A DNA stretch of 64,000 nucleotides from Cycas panzhihuaensis (Eukaryota; Plantae; Cycadophyta), in NCBI GenBank assembly GCA_023213395.1, contig CM041465.1, positions 133,989,741 to 134,053,740 of the forward strand. Direction: 5' to 3'. The notes under the pieces were generated by a model that saw nothing but the letters and a program-made list of their open reading frames with translations, did not search any database and was not told the origin of the DNA. Shown in pieces: positions 40,828 to 52,013 of the stretch (positions are counted from its first letter, which is position 1; each line of letters begins with the position of its first letter). A program made the position numbers and the translations under genes.

Positions 40828-43800
40828 TAGAATCACACCTCTAGGGGGGTTGCTAAACTCAAATGAGATCAAGCTAAATGACCAACAGTTTTGGTGGCTA
40901 TAGACCTATAATAGCAAGTGAAAGAAATCACCCACAAATGACATCTGTGCATTGGGATGTAGGTTCGGGACCCACAAATGGTGCACAAACTCCTTTGAGG
41001 TAACTCTTCCTCGATCTGGAGTGGTGGATAGATGAGGGTTCTCCTTTGTTTCCTAAGTAACCTCAAAAGGGGCCCTTCCATACTTGGATGACCAAAGGAG
41101 GGAGGCAAGAGGTGAGGGAATGGCTCCTCACATGAAGGGGTTATGAAAGGGGTGATCCTTAATAAGAAAAAGGAAGAACACACACATAAGCCTAAGGCAG
41201 CTTGCAATGTGAGTGGTCAAGGTGATGACTAGTTTCACAAGCTAGACATTGACCTAAAGCCCAAACTAGGGAGGTCTAGCCTAGAGACACAAGAAAGATA
41301 AAGCAAATAACCTTGAGAGGGGATGCTCTCAAGGTGACAAACCTAAGGAGGATTTTAGGAGTGGCGAATCAACAAAAAGGGTTGTCTTTATATTTGACTT
41401 TGTTTCATATACAATAAAGAAATACAAGGTGAGAGTGTGGTATTTATGGTAATGTCATATGTTTATGCTTAAAGAAATCACTTTTAGAGGCAAGAAAGTA
41501 ATACAAATATTTCTCTCTCTCATTTACTTATGCATGCAACCTCACTCTCTTTGTCTTTTTAAATGCAAGAATGGGAGATCAAAGAGATCGCTATGTGATA
41601 GAAAGCTCATGCAAAAGGGTGCAAAGTTACTAGGTGACAATGCAACAAAATGGGAGGTGCACACAAATGTAAGTGCCTAGGTTTGTACTATATGAGCTTT
41701 GTAAAAAAAATAATCAAGTGAAGTGCAAGAGATCCAAACTAATCTTTTTCTTCCCTTTTTGCCCAAATGATATTCGAAAGAGTGGGAAAAAGACAAGGAG
41801 AAGGAGGCTAGAAAAAGGGAGGCGTACCCAAAATACGGTGGCTGAAATAGCGCTACCCTTACCACACTTGAGATCCTCGCCCTTCTCCTAACCATAGATG
41901 GTGTAATGGAAGGAGTGCTGACGAAGAAGAGGGCTTCCTTACCTTCCTCAGAAATCAAAGAAGGAAAAAAAGAAATGTAGTGCAAGGAAATGTAAATAAT
42001 ATTGTAACTCCACTTTACAACTTTGAGAGCAAAAGAAAGTAACTATTGAAAGAAGGGGAATGTACCTGGGATGAAGTCCCCTTATCCTCCAAGTGTAAAA
42101 TAAAACCTACAACCAACGGGATTCACCCTCTCCCAAAGGGCACCAAATATATATGGGACAAATATACAAAATGGAAAGTGGCAAGATACAACTACCTTAA
42201 TATAAAGATATGTATTCAATATTAATATCACTCCTTGTGCTTCATATATTATTTAGTATGCGATATGGGAAAAGGGAGGAGAGAGAAAGAGGAAGGGTGG
42301 TTAGCCTTAGAATGGCTAGCCCTCTAAATCAAAGGTGCTCCATGATGCCCCCAAGTACTAGGATGAAGAGGTAAATAAATACAAGCAAGCTTCTAAAAAT
42401 ACAAGCAAAAGTGGCAAGAAATATTGCAAATGTTGTAAAAGTTACAACATGCAACTTTTGCAAGGTCTAAATCAAGGGATAAAAGGAATACAAAGTGGGG
42501 GCTAAAACCTCACCTATGTAAGATCTGCTATGTTGGTTACAAGCACAATAATGGGCTGCCTAGTAATGATCTATTCTCGAATGGTCCTTTGGGATCTCAA
42601 GGGAGGTATGGAGAAGGAGAGGTGAGGAGAGAAGGGGGGTTGCCCTTGAGGAGGAGGCATATTAGGTGCAAGACCCTACCTTTAGCTCCTTTCACTCTTT
42701 GTGAATGCCTCTGCCTTACTGCCTCCTTGAAGAAACCAAGAAGGAGCCAAAAGGAGGAGAAGATAGGCCAAAAAGAGGAGGGTTTGCCTCCCACTTATAA
42801 TAGAAAGAAAGAGAAAGTCATTGTAAAAAGGGGATTGGCAAATAATATTTATAATACTCAAAGAAAAGAAAGCAAAATATTGACTTAGAGGTACCTATTA
42901 TAGGCAGATCTGAGGTAGATCTACTTGTGAAATTAGATAGAGAAGCAAACCCTATGGGGTTTGCAAGAGAAAACCCCAATGGTGCAGTAAGTATGAAGAA
43001 AACTGGAGTAAGAAAGATAGTTAGAACTTGATAGAGCATTTGGAGCATGATCTTCTCTTGGTTGGCCATGTTGCAAGCCTACAACTACATGTCTAGTGCT
43101 GGAGGAGGCTGGCAGCTGGCTAAGAATCAGGTGTAGCAGAGCTTGATTCTATTTGTTAGGCATTTTTTGGAGGAGATAATGGTAAAGATGAATGAGAGAG
43201 AGATGAAATAAGGGTGTTTTTGGGTTTTTAAACCCAACCGTAGGTCAATCAAGTGATTAGGGTTCAGCCTGGATAAGAAACAAGTCACTTCCATGTGGCA
43301 ATTTTATAATAAATGTGAAATTAGCTATGACAAATTTAAAAAATGACTGTGGATAATCGCCCCGCAGTAAACTTAGTGGTATCGGGAAGTTTGCAGTAGT
43401 ACCATGAAGTTTAATACGGTGTGGTAAATACAAAGCAAAACATAGAAAGGGGAGCCCTAGAAGCTCTAAAAGAGGGGTAAGCTAAGGCCCAAGGAGATGT
43501 GGTACTGTATCCAAGTGGCAAAAAGGGGGTTATGAGACTTAGAAAGGCCATAACGAGCAAGCAATGAAGGCGAAAGGTTCTCTAAAAGGACAACAAGTAG
43601 ACACGGGATGACAACTAAGTCTAGGTGGGATGCTAAGGGTCATGATGTACCGATGGGTGATGTGATTGAGCTACAGAAGCCAAACGATATTGGGGACACC
43701 ATGGAGGCACGGAGGAGGGTTATGGAGTGCCATGGGATATGTATCCCCAGATCATCATAGGTTGAAGAAGTGTTGTGATGTAATATAGTCAAGCAATGAA

Positions 43801-43952
43801 TGCATAGCCATCATGCAACAAATTAATCATCATGTAATGTAGGTGAAGTGCATTAATCTACCTTTTCCAAAACTAATAAGGGTATGGATAGAGGTATACC
43901 TATACTTACCTAAGTCGACTCGCCCATGTCTATTTCCAGTAGTCAGGAAACA
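40828..43952 (-). repeat. 3' LTR of Tat copy B (3125 bp)
   Basis: TAGAATCACACCTCT...CAGGAAACA; aligns throughout with 58902-62029, differing mostly by transitions. Confidence 0.92.
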
Positions 43953-44446
43953 CTACTCTCTTAGTAGCAGAGCCTCATTGCTGAGAAGTGTAATGTGATG
44001 GCAAATACTGGGAATAAAAGGTTAGCAAAATACAACAAATATAGTAATGTTATCAACTAAGGGTGATGGCGAGTATCATGGTAGGACACTTGGATAGGGA
44101 GATGAGAGAGTGGCGGCATAGGGGCTACCTTTGCATCACCCTAAATTCAATTGGTAATGATAACAGATGAGGGGGATACCCCCATCGCATGAGTGCAAGA
44201 TAAATAGTGGTGAAATTATGAACATGATCAAACAAATGCTATGAATGGGATGTTATGTATATAAAAGAGTAAAAAAAATGGGGATTATGTACCAGGAGTG
44301 GTATGATGGGTAGAGTGAAGAAAATAAACCTGATGGTCACCATAGTTTAACCTCATTAGTGGCTGGCTTTTGGAGGTATGAATGGGTCACAATTTGAAAG
44401 GTGAGATGACCCGAAACTTGGGCGTTTGGGTGACCAAATAGGTTCC

Positions 44447-44860
44447 TCAAGGGAGGTTATTGAGGAGAGGAAGGCAATGCTCGAGGATAAGATGGATGAG
44501 GTCGTCCACCTGATCGTTGCAGTCCCGAGGAATATGTCTGGTATCTATGAAAGAGAAATGGGATAAAAGGGACCTAACAGTCAAGGTGAGGGTGCTCAGG
44601 CATGGGTAACGCACTTGGTAAACTTGGGTGAGATGCGACACAATGATTTAAGAGTCGTAAAGAAGAATGACGGGTCCACGGTGGAAGCAGAGCGCATCAG
44701 TAAGGGCTTCAATAACAACTATATTCATTATTGGTAGCTTCAAAAAGGAAGACCCCAAAATGAATGTAGTCATATTCAGAGGGGTCACGAAGGATCCAGT
44801 AGTGGTAGAACGGCCTGGGTTGCCATGACTTCCTCCATCAGTGAAGATGAGCAATGCCAT
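44447..44860 (-). pseudogene. Stand-alone archaeal-type RNase HI (aRH) ORF, copy B
   Basis: MALLIFTDGGSHGNPGRS...VVIEAL...LLYDS...RHIPRDCNDQVDDL...NNLP*. Start and stop positions match copy A; this copy is frameshifted. Confidence 0.85.
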
Positions 44861-46128
44861 GGTAAGGAGACAAAGGGTTTGGTTAGACAATAGAAGAAGA
44901 GCGACGACGGGGTCGATGAGCAAAGAAAGGCATGAGAAGTAGCGATAGAGATATGAAGCACTCGAAATACTATGAATAGGGACCGTGAAAGACAGGAGAG
45001 CCCTAGAAGGAGGCTACATGAGGATGAGGAGACTGACCCAATAGGAGGGAAAGAAACAGCGGTGAAAAGGGCCCCTCTAAGGTCCCAAAGGTCATTAAAA
45101 GGGCCACGACGAGGGCCAAGATGAGGGGGGTACTTCCTTTGGGAGTCCCAAAGGCTTAAATGGGCGGCAAAAATGGACTCAGGGTGGTGAAATAAGCCAA
45201 ATGAGTATAAACATGAGTATGTTTTGGGGTGGTGCAAAAATCAAGACAGAAGAGGTCTACAAAAGATTGAAGGGGTCACCATAATGACACTAGGGAAGCT
45301 TAAAATGGAGGCCATAGAGGCAAAATGGGGGACAGACCCAGAAGGCAAAAATGATATGGAAAAAGAGGCAGTCACAAGGGCTATCATGGCGGAAGGAAAG
45401 GAGGAAATGCCCATTAGGGCCCCGCCTATACAAGGGAAACAAGGTGAAAACGAAATTCATTTTCACAGGCTCATGATTGATCTGGAGCCCTTTCCCTTAT
45501 GCAACAGAGTGCTGCCTAACTTCAGAGGCATGCAGTGAGAGATCAGACTGTCAAATCGAGGCACATAGATAGCCAATGAGACTGGGATGACGAGATGGAA
45601 GTAGCGAGGCCAAACCCAGTGAGTGGATCACCCTCTATCCATTCTATTTCATCCATTTAATTTGATGTGTTTTTTAAGCTTTTTTAGGTGATTCTTAGCC
45701 CCTTAAGGGTGATTGAGGACCCTTTAGAGCCTAATTTAGGCCCAAAGAGGGGGAGGACTACGGCATTAGGTAGCCCTAGTCCCAGTGGGCCTGACTGTGG
45801 TCCACTTGGATGAAAACTTTTGGGTTTTTTAGGCATTCCCTCCCTTTTAAGAGGGGTGTGAAGGGCCCTACAGCAAAGATCGCAGTGTTGCAAAGTTTGC
45901 TATGGGGCTGCTAAGAAATTGCTAAAATCTCAACGTGGCTCATGTCAAACTCCATGGTACTGTAGAGTTTAACATGGGGTAGATGGGAACAACCAGAAAA
46001 AAGAAGAAAAAAAAGGCCCAGAAAGGTACCAAACTTAGCCCCAAGAGGGCAAGAGGCAACCTGAGGGTAGGCAGGCATAGTATAGAGTGTTCTAACTAAC
46101 TCTTGTATTCTTTTTGCAAGTGGTTATC

Positions 46129-48135
46129 ATGGTAGACAACTATGAGAACGTAGGGATTGCTATAATGAGTTTTATAGAGATGGTAACACGGGGGCATAAA
46201 CAAACATTGGGACAATGTGGGCTATTGAAGATTATCAGGACCCCCCAATATGCATTGGATTAGCACCTCTTGGTAGATATAATCTCCTATTGGGATTACA
46301 GGTGGCACATCTTCCACCTTCCCCAAGTGGGGGATGTTACCATCATGCCAAGAGATGTTAAGAGGATCCTAGCGCATCACTGGAGGAGCACCAAAGATCA
46401 TTGGGCACACCGCCCAAGATGGATATCGCATACGTGGAGGCATCCATATTTTCAACGCCGTGACAGTGAGACAGACGTAGGATATCGATCTAGATGATGG
46501 TTATGTCACAGATTCCTCAGTTGAGGAAGTTGATTACACTGGGCATCTATTCTAGATCTCCCAGAAATAGAACTATAGAGACATTCCAGGTGGATGGATG
46601 GACACAGTCAGGAGATGTGACATCGGGGATTGACTGGATTGGGTCATCTTGATAGCGATAAACATGGTGGCCTAGTTAGATGCTATTAGGGTGGCAAGGA
46701 GAGGAGGATTCTCCTATTGCACATTACTATAGTGTTAGTTTTTTGATCATTTTGGGGCAGTGGTGCTACCAGGAGGACCTCACTCTATTTTGGCGAGAGC
46801 GCCCATGGTGCACATGTGGCAGACTCAGTTTAGGGGACCAAGGATCAGGCACATGTAAGGTGGTCAGTGGACGCGACATCGCTATAGCTCCTCACTCTGG
46901 CAGACTACATGAAATACCTATACAGAGGAGTGGGGTGGGATAGTGATAACAAGGTAGGAGGTGGTCTTAGAGATGGTGACAATGACGAAGGTGATAACAA
47001 GGGTGATGGGGTAGGCCCATTAGGAGTGGCAGGAGGAGAGGCATGTCCGTCAGGGGCTGCAGGAGGAGAGGTAGGTCCTTCAGGAGCTATAAGAGGAGGT
47101 GTAGGTCCTATAAGAGCTATGGGAGAAGAGGCAAGTTCTTTAGGAGCTACAAGAGGAGGTGCAAGTCCTACAAGAGCTATAAGAGGAGAGGCAGGTCCTT
47201 GAGGAGCTGTAAGAGGAGGTAGGCCACTCGATACACCAACATGGAGATTAAGGGTAGTCAGTAGGGCTCTAGTGGCAGTAGTAGTAGAGAGGGGAGGAGA
47301 CGCCCCAACGGCCAAACAGTAGGCGAGGTGGTACTTGAGGTTGAGGAGGAGGTACCAGTGGTTGAGGGAGGTATCGAGGAGGAGGTGATTGTCCGAGTCG
47401 AGGAGTCAGCCATCTTAGGAGATGAGACACTACCTTTTCCTATAATCTTTTGACCACTAGGTGATTAGATAGTTTGCTTTGATTTAGCTTTGAGGATTTG
47501 ATATATGGGTGTATGGACTAACACGTGACATGTTTAACTTGGTAGGGGCAGCAGAGATGGGGAGGTTGATAGAGGCAGTAGTCTGGGAGGTATTCCCCTA
47601 GGTCTACACATAGGGGCAACCTCCCATCCAGGCTAGAGAGAAGCCTCGATCAATAGGGACACACATAGTGGCATTTACTCCATTGATCAGAGCTAGGTAC
47701 ATATGGGTAGCTGAGTCCCAAGAGCACTAGGTGAGGGTGGGATAGCTACAGGGAGAGTTAAACGGGACCTGCGCAAAGAAAGATGCCTTACGAGGTCAAG
47801 TCTAGGTATTGGAGGCTCAGGGTTATAGAGCAAGTGGTGATGTAGAGAGCCGCATCAGGATAGTTATACTAGAGGAGAGGCTCTAAGAAGTAGAGGGATC
47901 ATATCCAGGCGCGATATGATCAACTGGTGGATCAGATGGCTGCAAGGTTATCGTAGAGTAAGACTTAGACACACACGATGGCGATGACCCCGAGGAGGGC
48001 TCAAGATGAGGGGAGCGAGGCTAGGAGCTCACAGTGATGCAGGTGGAGCCTAGGAGGCATGTGGTCTCCTGGGGAGGGATCACACTGACCAAGAGACGGC
48101 ACCCCTTGAGCACAGGAGCGCCGAGGAGTAGGGTA
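46129..48135 (+). pseudogene. Antisense, spliced PMD gene, copy B
   Basis: MVDNYENV...LLVDIISYWDYRWHIFHLPQVGDVTIMPRDVKRIL. An acceptor with a CTAAC branch site lies just upstream of the ATG; there is an intron at ~47422-47545 and a charged, coiled-coil-like last exon. The 3' end is approximate. Confidence 0.75.
47011..47220 (+). repeat. Coding minisatellite, 7 x 30 bp (10-aa unit, xGPSGAxGGE-like)
   Basis: Units such as GTAGGTCCTTCAGGAGCTATAAGAGGAGGT repeat at exactly 30 bp intervals. Confidence 0.9.
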
Positions 48136-48176
48136 TGATGGGTTTTGATTGGGAAAGCACTAGACCTCTAAACAGT

Positions 48177-51100
48177 TAAAATCGCACCTCTAGGGTGGTA
48201 ACCATACTTGGTTAAGATTGAGTCAACCAATGAAGAGGTCCTAAATGAAAGATCTATTTGGTAAGTGAAGGAGATCACCCACAAAGGGCATCCGTGCGTT
48301 GGAATATAGGTTCAGGACCTGCAAATGGCACACAAACTCCCTTCAAAGTAACTCTACCTTGGTTGGGGGTGAAGGAGACGAGGGATATCCTTGGGTTCCC
48401 AAGTAACCTCAAAAGATGGACCCTCCCACCCTTGGATGGCTGAAGGAGGGAGGAGAAGATAAGTGAGGGGATGGCTCCTCATGTAGAATAGGGGGTGTAA
48501 GAGAAGTGGGTCTAGGCAAGTAGCAAATATGATGTGCACTCATAGTGGAATGGCAAAGTGACCAATCTACGAGTGCGGGACCAACCTAAAGGTTACGCTA
48601 AGGTTGCCTAGCAATGATAAGTACAACAAAGATAAAAAAGGGAAATGGCCTTAAAGGAGAATTGTCCTGAGGGTACTATGTCTAAGATGACCTTAAGGAC
48701 ATGAAACGATGGTGGAGAGAATTTTAACTCTTTTGCATATGAGTGGCTATGTAGTATGGGTGATGGTGAGGTTGAGAATATAGTGTTATATCTTTGTACG
48801 AAAAAGGGGGTTCTTTCTAGGAAGAAGGAAAGGAACAATTATAAATAAGAAATAAAACACTCATTTACTCACTCATGCATGTCCTCACTCTCCTTGATTT
48901 TTACTTGCAAAAAAGGTGAGGAACGAACAAAGTAATCGTAAGTGATGCAAGGTGCATGCAAGGAATACAAGCCTAAGAAGAACGTGTAACAAATAAGCAT
49001 GCAACGGATACGGCCCCTATCTAGTGCATTTTTTAAATAGGCAAGCAAACTAAATGTGTGCAGGTAATGTATGCAAGTTCTTTTCTTTTCCCTTTTCCTT
49101 CATATGTAATGCATGTGGATGAAAAAAACAAAGTAAAAGGAGTAGTACAAAAAGGGAGTGAGGGACATACCCAAAAAACTATGTGGTTGGAGGACTGCTA
49201 TCCCCTTTGTCATGTTCATCTTCCTCTTACTATTCCCAAATGTGAACGGTGTAATGTAGTGATGCCAGCAAATGAGGGTGGGGGGCTTCCTTACCTTCCC
49301 AAAATTAAAAGGAAAGAAGAAGAGAAAGCTATGCAAGAGACTCAAGTGAAATACCAAGAAGGAAGACAAGGACTTACCTGGGTGGAAGCATTCTTCTCTT
49401 TCTCTACACATAGCAAAAATAAGAACCTACAACCAAATAATGTTCGCCCTTCCCACGGGGCTGCTAGGACATAAGGTGTATATATATATATATGCAATAT
49501 ATGAAATAACACAATGCAAGTTATCTTAACTAAGAGAAACTTTAGCATCTAAAACCAACTTTCAATTTCCTTTTATACAAAGAAAATAAGGAGGAGGACG
49601 GGGGCAATTAACGTTGGAATGGCTAACCCTCTAAGACTACAACTCTCCACACTACCTAAGCACAAATACAATAGGCAAAGATGGTGTAACAAAAGCTTGA
49701 TATGTGAGTGATAGGTTGCAACAAAGCTGTAAATGTTGACAATATTACAAGAGTTGCAAAGTGCAACTTTTGTAACCTCTAACTAACCTAACACCAAATG
49801 ATAGGTAGGGTTTGGATTTGAGGCTGCGATTCTTACTTATGTAAGGCCTACAAAGCTAAGAGCAAGTGCAACGATAGGTTGTATACGCTGCTGCCAGCGG
49901 TGACCCCTCTTTTGGAAGCCCTTTGGAAACCCAAGGGAAGCACGAAGGAGAAAGATGAAGGGGGAAAAGGGGGTTGCCCTTGAGGAGAAGGCTTGCTAGG
50001 TATAGAACCTACCTTTGCTCCTTACACTCTCCCTTTGTGACCTTTTCCTCGCTACCTCCTTAGAGAAACTAGGGAAGAGCTGGAAGGAATGATGAGTAGG
50101 CAAGAAAAAGGAGGGTTTGCCTCATATGTGCAATAAGAAAATTGGGAGAAATGGGTGTCATGCAAGATATTCAAACCACTTTCAACAATTTGAAGGAAGT
50201 AAAACAAAGTAGAGGGGAAGGAATACCTGCTATAGGTAGATCAGGGGTAGATCTACCTAAGAAAAGAAGAAAGAAGGCCAGCCTTATAGGGTTTATAGGT
50301 GAAACCCTATGGAGGCCATAATCTAAAGATGACTGCACTAAAGAGGGATATCTATGCTTGATGGCAGGCTTGTAGCATGTCCTTCCTTGGGGCAGCCTTG
50401 TTATAGGCTTGCTGCTACAGTTCTGGAGCTGCAAAGGGCTGATCTTAGGCTAGAAGTTTGATGTGTTAGTTGTTTGCAGGGCATTCCTGTAGGAAGCTAT
50501 GAAGAAGGAGTGAGAGAGAGTTTTTTTTTTAGAGTCCCAAAGGAAAAATTGAGGGCATTTTTGGGTTTTTAACCCAATCCCAGCTCAATCGAGTGATTAG
50601 AGTTTGACTTGGGCCGGGAATACATCTCTACCATATGGAAATTTCATAATAAATGCAAAATTAGTCATGGCAAATTTTAAAAAATAGAAAATAACAGTCA
50701 CCCCATGGTAAACTTCATAGTACTGCAAAGTTTATGGCGGTACCACGATCTTTACCGCAGTGCGGTAGAGAAGTAACAAAAGAAAGTTTGGGAGCTCCAA
50801 GAAAAGGGGGATGCTTCAGGCCTTAGGGGTATGACACTTTGTCTGGGTGGAAAGAGACAATCATGGTACCTAAGAGACATACTATAGGTGAAATTTCAAA
50901 GGCAAGAAACTCCCAAAAAGTTAATAAACAAGTAAAAAGATGCCAACCATACCTAGGTAAGGCGCTAGGGGTTAAGGTGTGTCAATGGAGATGTGATCAG
51001 GCTATGGGAGCCGATTAGTACTTAGGACAACATGGAGACATAGAGGAGGGTTGTGGAGTGCCATGGGATGTATATCCCTAGATCGTCATAGGCTAAAATG

Positions 51101-51281
51101 GTATAATATAGCATGATCAAGCAGCGGATGCATAATGATCACTCAATGAACCAAGCAGTCATATAATGTAAATGAAATACTTTAATCTATCTCTAGTAGA
51201 ATTGATAGAGGTGAGGTATAGAAACATACCTATACTTACCTGATCGACCCATCTATGTCCATTCCTAGTAGCCAGGAAACA
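48177..51281 (-). mobile_element. Solo LTR of the same Tat family (diverged subfamily, ~3.1 kb) nested in copy B
   Basis: Termini TAAAATCGCACCTCT...CCAGGAAACA match the A and B LTR ends; no PBS or PPT. The flanks rejoin colinearly with copy A 34865-34930. The TSD is only partial (ACAGT/TAAGT). Confidence 0.85.
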
Positions 51282-52013
51282 TAAGTCACCATATGTTACC
51301 ACATGATTATACTCCTCCTTGTAAGGATTCTAGCTTCCTATGGATGATGTGCTATATTATTTTATATGATATGATTCTTTATGTATATAGACTGAGGCCT
51401 ATTGGTACCCTATTTGATCCATGATGATGGTGTTATGGTGGTGTCTGATGTTGTATTTGTGGTTTATTTATTCATATATTTATTTGTATGTAGACACGAG
51501 TGCACGGGTGTATGAGGGGCATGGGATCATGATGATTTTGGTTGATTGTTATATGGTTTTTGTTGTTGGATTATTTGGGTGATGCCTACACTTTCTTTAA
51601 TGCAGGGCCATACTCATAGTGGGTATACACAACCACCATAAGTATAGGTGATAGGCACATGTGAGGCTAGGAGTTGGAGAGCCATGCATATCCGTCGATG
51701 AAGCATAGCGGATATGTAAAGGAAGCGCCGATGAAGAGAGAGTACATGTACTCGAGCATGTAGTCCCAATTGGAGTGTATTTTCAAGCTTGGGAGCAGTG
51801 GAAACCAACACATCCGATAAGGAGAAAAGGTTTCCCTCAGGAGAGAAACATAAGATGCCATAGGAGAAAATGTAGAGATAGGAAAGCCACCCTAAATTGT
51901 CATTCCACCCGTGATTAGGAGGAATGAAGACGCGCTTAGAGTGGTAGTTTAGGCTCAATTCAGAGCGAGAAAAGGGGAATCAGTATGCCTGGCCCACTTA
52001 GGAGTAAGGACAG

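Noticed and set aside
42818-43069. Hydrophobic ORF in the B LTRs (also 60822-61163) as a possible env-like gene
   Set aside because: It is short, runs into a probable intron, and its start is not conserved in the solo LTR. LTR identity alone explains the similarity between copies.
47011-47220. Regular 30 bp repeats as a possible CRISPR array
   Set aside because: The units are contiguous with no unique spacers, there are no cas genes, and the context is eukaryotic.
46905-47315. Pro/Ala/Ser-rich minus-strand ORFs (also 33184-33450) resembling extensin or AGP
   Set aside because: They are reverse complements of the GA-rich linker and minisatellite of the PMD gene.
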